From Amphiscolops sp. MND2022 (Eukaryota): 64,000 bases of DNA. Shown in pieces: positions 50,297-62,575 of the stretch. The first letter of the stretch is position 1, and every line of letters starts with the position of its first letter. The stretch spans positions 55,430,001-55,494,000 of the forward strand of contig OZ076409.1 of the NCBI GenBank assembly GCA_964187785.1, read 5' to 3'. The position numbers and the translations under genes are program-made. The notes below the pieces were generated by a model. It was not told the origin of the DNA, did not search any database, and was given only the letters and a program-made list of their open reading frames with translations.

Positions 50297-52516
50297 TTGA
50301 TTGATTGGGTAATTGAATACCGCGAGAGAAGACAGCCATTGCTGTTCTGTGTAGACTTTATGTTGAGTCTTACAAATGAAGAAACGCAAAGAAAGCTCAG
50401 TCGAAGTGTGACTGAATGGGACGAATGCTTTGCGAAACTGGAATCGAGTTGGGGATATTGGTTCCCCGATGTGCAGCAAATGTTGAAGTGTCCAATTGAT
50501 GGGACAAAAAAGTTGAAATTGAGTCAGATGACAAATGGAACATCTGCAGACGCAGCTATGAGATGCCATCGCAAAAGAAAGTTGAGGCAAAGACCTGTCC
50601 ATCAGGCAAAACCTAATTGTGTAAAAGAAACAGCTAGTGAAAAGGAATCACTGACACGGTCAAGAAGGACCAATGACCAAGAAAGTTGCTCTGGTATGAA
50701 AGACAGCATATCTGAAGTGGAAAACTCTATCAACGATGTGACATCACTACTCGAAGAAAACAGTAAGGTGTCTGACGTAACAATCCAGATGGACAACAGA
50801 ACAACAGTTAACACGAAGTGGTCTAATGGAGATCGACTGTTTCCTCTAGCATTAGAGAAAGCGGAAGATCAGAAATCGGATGAAGTCCAAGGCCAAAGAA
50901 GCGAGACTGGACAATTGGAAATAGGGGAACTGGGCAAACATCCACAACTGGTTGAAACCAGAAGCAACAGAAGCTCAGTGATTTCGAAAAGTTCAAGTGC
51001 TAGACGAGTTCTTTATTTGAAAGTAAAAGCTCAGAAAGAGCAAGAAGAACTGCAAACCCGACTCGAGAAACTAAAGCGTGAAGCAATACAAATGGAAATA
51101 GCTGACTTGCATGAACAGCTTGCCCACAAAGCCAGAATAGCTGAAAAGGAAAGAGAAATAGCGGAAGTGTCGAGCAATCAGGGGACTAGCTTCCCAAGTG
51201 TCTCATCAGTCGACAGTTTCACGGAAGACTCAAGATGCATGGATGAGACAGAAACAGTCGAAGACGGGGCTAAGTCCAATATTGCACTATCAGTATATTC
51301 GAAATCAGAGAATGCAGTGAAATTAGTTCACGAAGGAAAGTTCTCCGCGCTTAGGAGAGACTCAAAACCTCCCACAGAAGCCGATGGGCAAGCTGATTGG
51401 AAAGACAGAACCAATGCTGTCAACGGAACATGCAGACAAGGAGCAACAACACAACCAGACGTGAAAGTTGCGAACAACGGAACCTCGAAGTTCCTCACAG
51501 CGGAAGGCATACAGAACTGGTCAAAAACATTCATTGTATACAACAGTCGGCAAGACGTCCGTTCAGAAACACTTCTCATGGATACCAAACAGGCTTTGGA
51601 AGAAAAGGTTCACATGTTCATCAGTGAGCAATCAATAGTGCAAACAGAGGAGATCTTGAAGTACACATTGACGGAAACAAGGAAGGAGCATAGATTCTTA
51701 TCATTCGCATCTAGCAAGCAAACTTTGGGAGAATCGAGTGTCCAACTTGAACTGCTGCAAGAGAGTGCAGAAAATACCGCCGTACAACAGGACATACAAC
51801 AAGGGAAAATATTCGAAGTGACGATGTTTCATGACAGTACTCTACTTCTTGAGGAAGGAAACAAATGTTTTGAATTCGACAAAAGATATGGATTTGTGCA
51901 TGAGCAACAATTTGCACTGCTTGATGATTGTAATGAAGAAGCAATGTATCGAAAGCTATGCCATGTTGCAGCGAAACATGACAAACCCGTTGAATGCAAT
52001 GCCAAAGGTGAAACACGTACCATGATTGTAACCTTTGGAAAGAAATTTGATTTTGACTTCAAAGTAAGCCTTGTAGAAGAAACTATCCCGAGTAATAACG
52101 ATGTGTGGAACCCTCGGATTGGTAATGGAAACTCTGGGATGGACGCGGTGGCACAGGCTAACGGCATGGATAAAACTCAATTGAGCAAAGGCCACCGCAA
52201 GCGACCGAAGAAACAAGCTTGGATGTTTGAACATAGCTCAAACCGATTACATGGAATGGTTGAAAGTGTTCAATTGACAACTGGCATCCTATATGCAAAG
52301 ATTGTGATTGATGAATTTGCAGATGAAATATCGCTAATAGAAACGCGATTGGGTTCTTCAAAAGCCCGAACAACAACAAGCTGTAAAATTGAGCCTTGCA
52401 TAGGGCCGACCGCATCATGGGAAAAGGTGATGATGCAACGTGACTCTTTTGGAAAATGCATCAAAGAAGGAGTTCGACAACTTGAAGTCAACGATTCGGT
52501 TTGGATAGTGGATTAA
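50297..52516 (+). CDS. BEL/Pao-derived ORF (gag-like coiled coil fused to pol remnants)
   Basis: 739 codons without a stop; E/K-rich heptads; ends in a Pao integrase-tail-like sequence. Confidence 0.65.
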   Translation: MIDWVIEYRERRQPLLFCVDFMLSLTNEETQRKLSRSVTEWDECFAKLESSWGYWFPDVQQMLKCPIDGTKKLKLSQMTNGTSADAAMRCHRKRKLRQRPVHQAKPNCVKETASEKESLTRSRRTNDQESCSGMKDSISEVENSINDVTSLLEENSKVSDVTIQMDNRTTVNTKWSNGDRLFPLALEKAEDQKSDEVQGQRSETGQLEIGELGKHPQLVETRSNRSSVISKSSSARRVLYLKVKAQKEQEELQTRLEKLKREAIQMEIADLHEQLAHKARIAEKEREIAEVSSNQGTSFPSVSSVDSFTEDSRCMDETETVEDGAKSNIALSVYSKSENAVKLVHEGKFSALRRDSKPPTEADGQADWKDRTNAVNGTCRQGATTQPDVKVANNGTSKFLTAEGIQNWSKTFIVYNSRQDVRSETLLMDTKQALEEKVHMFISEQSIVQTEEILKYTLTETRKEHRFLSFASSKQTLGESSVQLELLQESAENTAVQQDIQQGKIFEVTMFHDSTLLLEEGNKCFEFDKRYGFVHEQQFALLDDCNEEAMYRKLCHVAAKHDKPVECNAKGETRTMIVTFGKKFDFDFKVSLVEETIPSNNDVWNPRIGNGNSGMDAVAQANGMDKTQLSKGHRKRPKKQAWMFEHSSNRLHGMVESVQLTTGILYAKIVIDEFADEISLIETRLGSSKARTTTSCKIEPCIGPTASWEKVMMQRDSFGKCIKEGVRQLEVNDSVWIVD

Positions 52517-52579
52517 AATGTGAAAAGAGCGCATTACAAGATGGGTAGTGTGTTAGAAGTCTATCATGGAAGCGATGGG

Positions 52580-52998
52580 ACAGTATGGGCACAACAAGAA
52601 AGAGAAAAGCGAGTAAAATCCAACCCTACCGCATCACCTCCAAAAACCGCACCCGCTACAGCAATGACAAACGAAGACGAAGAAATAACGGAATGTCCTT
52701 CAAAACTACCCGAAGATCTAGATGTCATCGAAGAATTCATCCAGCACGCACGACAAAGATGACGACTACATTCCGCTATTGCCTGCAATTGCCCTCAAGA
52801 AGAAAAAACGAATGCTCTTTTTACCAGTTGAATTCAACACTGTCAAAATCGAAGCTTTAGTCGACTCAGGTGCGTACATTAACGCTATTAGTGAAAGGGA
52901 CGCCGAAAAACTTCGACAGAATGCAAGTCAATGCATCGTCAACAGAGCACCCCCACCCCCTTTCAAAGTGCAGGACGCTAACGCCGAATTGGAACAAC
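52580..52998 (+). repeat. Duplicate of host Gypsy segment 48076-48494
   Basis: Near-identical copy including the DSG protease motif; about 5 substitutions by eye. Confidence 0.95.
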
Positions 52999-53903
52999 TG
53001 TTGGCGCCAGTCATCAGAAGGCAAAGAAACTCGATTCAGAACATGCTGGTTGAGATACAAAAACTTAAACTCCTAAAAACTTAGAAGAAATTTTGAAGAA
53101 ATATCAAGTGTGACAAAAATGGAAAACCCCCCCGCAAATGGGGTTTCTCCAAGAATATTAACCCTAGAGCCACGAATCTTTGCACCCATATGCAGATACA
53201 TAACACAAACACACCAGCCAAGTTTCAAGGTCATCCACCCATTATAACCCCCTTTACCCCTCACATGTGTAGTATTCAAGGTCATTGAGACAAAAATGTA
53301 AACTTTGTTATTTACCTATATGACCACATTAGAATGTAACTCTGTTGATTAATGATATTTACATTGTGTAAACATACTTTCTAACCCACCTGATCAACAT
53401 GCCAAAACCACCACATAGTTTGTTTACTTAGCCAATAACTTCATTTTATGCTTTAAATGTCATTTATTTATACAACATATTTTAACTGATATTTGCTTAT
53501 ATTTACTGTAGAATTGTAAACGATATGTATACCATTATTAGACAGAAATTTTCTCGACTGAATAGCTATAGTCAAGTTGGGTCTCAGGACCGCGAGACTA
53601 ATCAATCAACTTCTCAATCTTCACAACTTTTCGCTAGAGTTGGAGCGACTAAGTAGCTACTCTCATAGTTGGAGAGCCGGAGCGCGTGAATATACTGTGA
53701 GGGAAGTGTGTGCAGGATCACATCGGATCCAAATCAGTGCAAAGAGGAATCGCAGGAGGGATCGCAGCCAAAAGATACAGTCCTTTAAAACAAGAAACCA
53801 GGATTTGTTTAGTAATGGTCCACATTACTAAGCAACGGATCAGGGCGGCGTAAAGTTTGTCAAGCCTCAGCGCAGGATAAGGGCAAGCAGCCGTTACAAC
53901 AAC

Positions 53904-56900
53904 CACTCGCCACGTACACCCTACGTTTCAAAATAGGGAACTACACCTTTGAAGAAACGTTCATTGTCATGAACCAAACATCATTCCCCATAAAAAGTTT
54001 AGCGTTCCTCCGAAAACACGCCGCAATCTTAGACACTGCACAAGGGACAATTGACTTCCCGAAGATCCAAATCACGATGGCGCTCACCGACGAAATGCAA
54101 AAGTGCAACCCCAAGCCCATCATGATCAAAACAGACTCAAAACATACGATACCTGCAAATGCCACACGCATCATCTACGCATCAATACCAGTGAGTACCG
54201 AATATCCAATAACCGGAACGATTCAACCCCTACCACAATTTGACGAATGTTCAAAATTAATGATAGCTCCGACAATAACATCTGCCAGAGATAAAAAGGT
54301 GGCAATAAAGATCGCCAATACAACAGATTTTCCTTATACAATAGCTACACACACCAAAGTAGCTGAACTACAAATTCTCAAACCAGAAAACCAAGAAACG
54401 AAGATGATCCGCCCAGTCGAAATTGCCGCTCTCAACCTCCTCACAGAACACGACGATGTAGTAACGTACATCAATGCACTAATGCATGTAGAACGACCGG
54501 AGGATAATGAAGAAAAATGCTGGTTCCCAACCCCAGAAAACCCCGGCAATGAACAAGAACATTCGCCCATACAAAAGCGAATTTTAAAAGAACTACGGGA
54601 ACTCGCCGAACTAGAAAAACTTGATCCAACTGAAAACGACGAATTCCGAAACAAGTTCTTTGCAATGTTCAAATGGACCAACTCACTAATCATGGGAAAA
54701 GACCGTGATAACCTAGAAAACACCATTGTCGAATTCCATGACATCTTCGCCCGTCACAGACTGGATATTGGAATGAATACACAGTGTAAAGTCAGCTTAA
54801 CTCCACAAGACGACAAACCATTATACACACAAAGCCTACCAGTCTCAATCAATCTCAAGGAAGATCTAACGGTAGAACTGGCCCTCATGCATAGAGACGG
54901 CATAATCACAACTCTCCCATTCTCCAAATGTGCCAGCCCCATATTCGCACAACGGAAACCCAACGGCAAGCTGAGACTATTGGTGGATCTGCGAAAAACC
55001 AACGCCCTTATTGCAGATGACTACATCAACAACAACCACCCCGTCAGCACCCTCTCAGATGCGGCACAACATCTAGCGGGAAAAAACTGTTCTGCAAACT
55101 CGACTGCTCCCAGGCGTATCACTGCCTCCAAATGGCAGATCAAAGGTCAGTAGAATTACTTGCTTTTAACTTTGCTAGTAGGACGTTTGCCTATCGTCGC
55201 CTGGCACAAAGACTAAGTAGAACCCTGTAAGCCTTCTCAAGCTTCATGCGGGAGTACCTCGACTCAGTCATCAAAGCAGATCAGTGTGCACAATATGTCG
55301 ACGATATTGGCATAGCCGCAAGTATAACGGAACAACTCATCAAAAATATCAGAGCAGTCTTCAAATGTATACGAAGCGCGGGACTAAAATTGACCATTGA
55401 AAAAATCCATTTTGGTGTCACGCAAGTCGAATTTCTCGGTCGAACCTTCACCCCAGACGAGTAGCCCCGTAAGATCGAAAAGTCAAAAACTTTCTCTCAA
55501 AAGTTCGATTCCCGAAATCTAAAAAACAAGTCCGAAAATACATTGGTCAAATACTACCGAAACTACATACCGCGTCAAAAAGGTCATTGGTATGTACGAA
55601 GTGCTAAAAGTTGACTCCAGAATCTCGGAAGAACTTGTCGACAACTTCAAAGAAATCAACGCCAGCCTAGCGGAAGCCTGCGGTCTTGCACTCAGACAAC
55701 CCATAGCAGGGAAACAGTACGTCCTAATGACGGACGCAAGTTTTCGAGCATCAGGCTACGCCTTAGTGATAGAAGAAATTGACGAAAGAAAACTCCTCTC
55801 CAAAAAACTTTCGCGCCTGTAGCGTTCGGGTCACGTGTTTTCTCACCAGCGCAACTAAAGATGTCTTTCTACTGCAAAGAGTTTTTGGCTATATGCCACG
55901 CATTCCTCGATTATAGTCACATCCTATGGGAAACAACGATACCAACGCTAGTTTTGACAGACAACCGTTCAGTAACAAGTTTTTTCGAGATAAAAACAAC
56001 GCCGCCTGCACCTTGAAATGCCTGCGACTATGTCCCCCAATTTAAATTTCGAATCATGCGCGTAGCAGGCTCCCAGAACACGGCAGCAGACTTCCTCTCA
56101 AGACTCGAACTCACTCCAAAAGAAAAAGTACAACTAAAGTTAAGAGACGACATCTTAACGGCACCAATAGAAGTCAACTTACAATCATCAGATGTCGCAG
56201 ACGAAGAACAACTTTTCTTCCTGCCAGATGACGAAGAAGAGTCCGAACAAAAAATTTTTGCCAGGAAAGCACAAAGTAAACAACGCGCTCAAGAAGGACT
56301 TGAAAAACACTTAGCAACAAAAGTAACTGAAGTCATAAAGATACCTCTCAATTCAGCAGTCTACTCGTTCGGCTCAATCAAGGAAAATGCACGGATCAGA
56401 AACGAGCAAGATGCAGATCGCTTCCTTAAAGCGTTGAAACAACGGATATCACATGAAGAATACGACAAGCATCTCCTTAAAAGTGAACCAAGAGGACGGA
56501 ATCTTTTACGTCACGAAGTAAGAATCATAATGAAAGATGGAGTCCTAATGCGGAAGTACTACGGAGAAGACGTATTCACAGAATTTTTGTCCACACTACA
56601 TGGAAAAACGAACAAACATCCAGGAATAACGAAGATGATACAGGATTGTGGAGCCAAATACTACTTCCCGGGATTAGCAAGAAAAATCAGAGCCTGGGTA
56701 ACAAACTGCCCAGATTGCATCGCCAACAAGAGAATCGACACGAGACAAATACGTCCCAAAATGCTGAGCAACACTGAATTCACAATGGGACAAGAAGACT
56801 GCCTAGAAGTTGACATATTACCAAATTTACCATCATCCAATGGATTTCAACACATAATCACAAAGATGGATGTCTTCTCACTTTACCTTTTCGCATACCC

Positions 56901-58136
56901 AACTCAAGATATGACAGCGAGGACAGTGGCCCGTTGCATAATCGACGTAATGACACGACATTGCTATTTACCAACCGTCAAATTAACAGACAAAGGATCA
57001 CAATTCAGATCAGAAGTGGTCAATCAGATAGCCCAAACTCTAGACATACGCATAAGCCACGCATCGACGAAACATGCACAAACACTAGGCATACTAGAAA
57101 GAACGCATGCATCTCTGAAGACTTCCCTAAAAATATCAACGGGAGAAAGACGTTCAATGTGGCACAAATACGTCCAAATAGCAGTCATGAACAACAAAAC
57201 AAGCTATCATGAGAGCTTGGGCTGCGAACCTAGAACAGTGTTTCACGGACGCATTCCGTACAATAACTTAGACATCAAACTTGGATTAAAACCTGAATGG
57301 AAAAAGAACAACAACGAAGAATTAACGGTAGAACTACAGAAACAAATAGCCGAGATCCATCAAGCCGCCAAAGAGAATCTGAAGCAATCATATCTCAAGT
57401 ACAAACAATACTACGACAAGAAAGCAACTGCTACGCATCTCAAGGTCAACGACTACTGCTACGTTTTAAACCCGAAAGCGGACAACCAGTCAATGAAATT
57501 CGCTTTTAAAGATTGCATCTGGACTGGTCCTTACGTAGTCGTCAAAGTGTTTTCCAACAACAATTATGTCGTACATCGCACGGGTACACGATACACGCAA
57601 ACCCTCCATAGAATTCGCCTCAGGCTATATGCACCCAATCAGCGAGTACCTGATGTACCAGTCAGAAGGGAAGCTTACCTTCCAGATCCTGAGGTCAAAA
57701 CAACCCATAATGATTGGTACGCGCAAGCTTGGGAAACCGAATTCGGAGAAGTTCTGTTCGGTACGCCTACGGAAAATTCAATGGAAGAAGCTACAATCAC
57801 GGAAATCACAGACAGGACAGAAAATGACGCAACTACAATGGAAAATGAAGTGGCTAAAACAGCCACAGTTGAAATTTCTGATGGGGATAAAACATCCTCC
57901 GATAACGTTACGTCATTTAATCTGGACGTCAGTGACAATCCTTACAATTTGACTCCACCGCCTATTCAAAGCGCCCCCCCAAAAAAACTCCTGAACTACC
58001 TTCTATAGTTGTTGGATACAATCCTAGGAAAGTGGGAAGATACAACTTACGACCTAACCCGAAATCCAATGCAAATCCCGACTTCAGTATGCTCGACTCA
58101 CTGACTACAGAAGACTTACGTCAAACTCATAACTAG
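53904..58136 (+). pseudogene. pol: Gypsy pol: protease C-half, RT, RNase H, integrase
   Basis: LRLLVDLR, YVDD at 55294-55305, LMTDASF, HPGITKM...CPDC, TDKGSQF, ILERTH; several stops and frameshifts. Confidence 0.95.
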
Positions 58137-58309
58137 ACAAAAAGCATCAGCATACCAAACCGAACCGGAATGTCTACGCCAAATTTTGTTCAGACTTCCT
58201 GAACTGTATAAATACTACGGATACTAGACGTACCCCAACAAAAAATATATTTATCAAATCATCAAATCAACAGTACAAGACGCTATAATAAGGAGTCAGA
58301 ATTCACAAT

Positions 58310-61300
58310 TTAATTCTTGGCAACTTTCTTCAATTTATGAAATACTTCAGGATCCTTATCTTGAGGTTGAGGCTTTTTCTTTTTCTGGGACGTTTTCGGT
58401 GTTTTTCCTTTCGAGGAACATTCACCTTTTTCAACAGATTTTGAACTCCGCTTTGTACTCGTTGTACTGGCCACTTCATCACTTTCCTTCCCACATGAAC
58501 CAGAAGTACTTCTCACCACGGAACTAGATCATGAACCCTAATCCACACGTGCCAATCGATTGAGCCGGTTATACTCGGCATAATACTCGCCACTCGCACG
58601 TCGTCGCTCTTCCAGGAACTCATCATAAAGACGACAGAACGAGCCAAAAAAGGAATCCACGCCAGGACCACTCAAATCTGCCCACACGTTGAAGTCCGTT
58701 CCAATAAAGTCCTCCTCAGTCCACACCCACTCAAATCCACAGAAAACCAAGGATATTCGCGATGCGGCTCTCCAACAACCAAACAGCACAATTCAAAATT
58801 GCGCAGAACATGGCATCGCGATCGGAATGAGAAATTGTCCAACAAATAACGGCGCACATCCGGAATGTCACTAGCTGAATGTTCCAAGCGACAAGGCTGT
58901 CTCATTTTCTCAATAATGTAGGAATTATACTCATCCTGAGCCGCTTTAACTTCATCACTGGCAACAGATTTGCATCACTCCAACACACGACACAGCTCGG
59001 AGAACAACTCAAACGCAGCATTACCGTCACCTTCTAACATTAGCTCCGGACAAAAACTGTATAAGCCTTTCGATACTACAGGTTTGGCACTGGCACTCTC
59101 CACAATCAGAACAGCAAGACGGTCAATGAACTCTCTGCAACGAGTCCGAAAATTCGCCATCTCACTCGTCTTCACAGACAACAGACTTCTACCGAAATCA
59201 CACTGACCCAGGAAATTCTCCAGAGCTATAGCGGAAAAACCAGAAATCTTGTCGACGTCCATGTAATCCTCCCATTCGTGGATACCAGGTAGTCCGGACA
59301 ATTCTCGTGTCTTCATGAGGAAACAATACACGAAGTTGCACATCTCACCGTAATTGTGAAATGCGTAATCGTTGCGTTTCTCTCTCAGCTTGGGCAGATG
59401 AATATAAACTGAAACATCAAACAATCAATACTAGCCTATATCAAGAAAGGGAGGACACAACTACGTTACAAGAACTACACCTCTCCCAACCATGCCCAAA
59501 CATTATCACAACCATTCTACTTACAAATATCCAGCATCAACTGCAGTATTCCAAAACGGTACGCCACCAATCTGTCGGAAATCAATGTATGGTCCATCCC
59601 CCTCAACTGAAAGACAACACAAGGACGTCACCCCAACGGAACCATTGAACCAGAACCAAAAAACCAACAACACACAAGACAAACACAATAGACAAACTAC
59701 AACTAACACTATCAGGATGACCTTTCACGTGTGGTAGCCCAGTTCAACGGATGTAAGGACGAATTGACGTCCACAAGTCTATCGGGTCAGTCAAAAGCTC
59801 ACGAAGATCTTCAAAGAAAACGAATCCCTGGCGGACACACGTTCGGAGAAGAACTTTTCAGACGAATGACAACATAATCCACTCAGCTGGTTACTTCCAC
59901 CATCCCAAAGACGTCGTGGTGGGCCTGCCTCACACACTGCAAAAAGACTTCCTCTGTAAACTGAAGATGAACAACAACTCGTTTTCCATCATTCCGATTG
60001 TCCTCTATAACCCGAATGAGGATCGGATTTGCACCACCAATGCACAAGGGCAAACGCGCATTTGGCAAACTATGGACAAACTGAACCACAGGAACAAGTT
60101 CAGAGTTTGGCATAGGTTGATCTGAAGGCTCTTCGCCAATGCAGATCCGCTTCAACGAAATGTTTAGCCAGCACATAATGAAACATCGCTCAACATCCGC
60201 ACCCCTCTCATAGCACAGTCCATACTCGTTACTTCAACCCACAGCACTAAAGACAAGCCGTAATACACGTGGAGCAAGCGCTTGGCAAATTATCGCCTGC
60301 AAGTAACAACAACACAGTTATGCGAGTCAGGAAAAAACAGGAAGCAAAATAAAATTCCCCCACCCACAAAAAAAACTTTCATTGGAAATGAAAGAAACGA
60401 GGAATGATGCTTACCACTGTCTCAGTTCGACTCCAACTCATCCTATATTCAGGATCACTCTCTTCCAGAGAAGCACGAAAGGTAGCCCATAATCGGCGCA
60501 ACAGAGCAAAGTCTCCACCACTCCGGAGCCACTCACAGACGCACGAGATTAACGTCATAAAAGTAACTTTTGACCCCACCTGAGAGTGTTTTGGCAGCAA
60601 ATCCTCGGGAAAAGGAAACCCTTCCGCTAGGTCTACAAACGTTCGTGACTTGAAATCAACAATCTGACTAGCTGACAGCTCCATAGGCTCTAGAAGCCTA
60701 TTATACACAGGCAACTCCATGTGCACTCGGTAGCTCACGTCCCTGTACCAGTGACCGTCTGAAGAAAAATGCCTCTTGAACTCACCGGCACCATGGGCTC
60801 TCATCCGCACATCCCGTTGACACACACGACAAAAGAAGAAAGTAGGCTTGCCGCACTTAGAACCACTGACAAAATCGGGATAGATCGGGAGCAAAGCCAA
60901 CATTCGCTTATGAAGATGCTTGTGACTACCATAAGTTCGCACTCGCCGCTGATCACCAATCTTCTCTGAAAGCTGTTAAAAGCCTGCAAACAACACAAAA
61001 AATCTCCAGCCATAAGACAAACGACTTTGAAACTACCCACCCCATACCAACGAACGAAAAACGATCGAACAACGCCCAACGCATGAAACATGAATCAATA
61101 CAAACCTGTTTCAATGCTCTGCACAGTACGACTCTCCACCTCCGCGACAAGTTGACGTCCCAAACGCGCCAAATCACCAGGGCTCAGAGGACTGCCACTA
61201 GAGAAAAGAGGAAGATTATCTTCACAACCTGCAACAATACACAAACCCTTTAACAAATAGCCCAACCAACAGCGGAATGAAAATACACAGCAATATCAAG

Positions 61301-62022
61301 TGACAACAAACTACCGTTCAGCAGAAGATACTAACTGCTTAAGCCCCCTTCCAAAAGATCGTGAAGCGTTGGACTCCCGGTGTCTATCTGACGAACGACT
61401 GGCTCAGTAAATCCAACGGTTGTTGCTCGTGCTCGCCCCGTCTTCTTAGGAGTCACCGGAGTAGCTCCGTCTTCCTCCCCCTCATGATCACCATCTTTTG
61501 AGGAGGGCGGATCAGCCTCGGCTCCCCGAGGCTCAATTCCAACATTTCTTTCAAGTAGGGACTGCTTGCTTTCCTCAATCTGCACAGGAACGGTGACTAC
61601 TGGAGATGAATCCGAGACAGTCTCGGGAAGAACAGAAGATGTACTACATCCAGCCCCAGGAAGAACGGATGCCAGGACAGTACTAATAGTTGCGGCAGGG
61701 AATACCTTGGAAATAGCCGGAAGCCTCGGGCAGTACAGAATTTGTACCAATGTTGAACCCGGGAAGAGTAATGGGTTGAGTTACTGAAAATCAAGATCTG
61801 GTTCAGACGCGTCAAAGAAATCGGGTGAGACTACAAAACCTGATCACCAAAACCGTAGTCCAATCACCCATGAAGGTCAGAAAGATTTTACCAACCCGTA
61901 GTGGGACGAGAAATTTCCACGTCAGAATGAATCACATCATCGTCAGTTAAGTTAAATGACGTCTCATTTCCGCTAACAAATCCCGCAGAAGTACCGGGAG
62001 GAGGAACAGCATCTTCATCCAT
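58310..62022 (-). pseudogene. Seven-exon antisense gene inside the Gypsy element; zinc-finger, hAT-transposase-like protein of about 1030 aa
   Basis: Exons 62022-61896, 61830-61336, 61228-61106, 60983-60415, 60296-59708, 59606-59525, 59408-58310; six GT-AG introns of 65-122 nt with matching phases; scattered stops and frameshifts. Confidence 0.8.
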
Positions 62023-62575
62023 GAATAGAAGAAATTTTCAAGGCAATCTAAAGGAAAAGAAAAATCAAGAAAGAAAAAACTACGCTATGTGAACGCAAAT
62101 ACTCAAAAAAAAATTTACAACGTCACCCCTACGTATTCAGGAAAGATACACATTCTTCAACTTCACTGAAAGGCCTAATGAGGCATTGACGAGAACAAAA
62201 CGTTTCCAGAAAAAACCCTACTGGTGAATAGAAGTTCATCAAGAAGCTCTGAAGAAAACCCTCTTAAAACCATTTTAGAAACTACGTTTCGTGAACGTAA
62301 TCCTTTTGAGGAAATTGATGACGTCATGACGACGCTGATGAAAGAAAACGGAATTAGGATGAGGATTTCCTATTTTGACCAATCACAGAAAAGATTAAAG
62401 TTCGTCGCCTTAGAAGGTCAGCACGGACCGGAACGAAAGCGGAAAAACCGACCAATAAAACTTCGAGGAAAACTACGACAGAAAGAAAATTGAAACGTTC
62501 ACTCGTCGTTCAATTCCACTAATAGCAGGTTGGAAAATAAATCGCAAAAGAAATTCGTCAAACAAAACTACTAAA
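62023..62575. promoter_or_regulatory. Putative bidirectional internal promoter
   Basis: Lies between divergent ATGs; ATGACGTCAT palindrome at 62318-62327; CCAAT at 62379 and 62452. Confidence 0.5.

Larger units (their letters stand above)
48495..53898 (+). mobile_element. Nested, internally deleted BEL/Pao element
   Basis: LTRs 48495-49391 and 52999-53898 (TGTTGG...GTTACA); TSD ACAAC at 48490-48494 and 53899-53903; PBS TGGTCCGCCGACCCGGA at 49394-49410; Pao integrase-tail motif WIVD..KRAHYKMGSVLEVYHGSDG. Confidence 0.9.
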
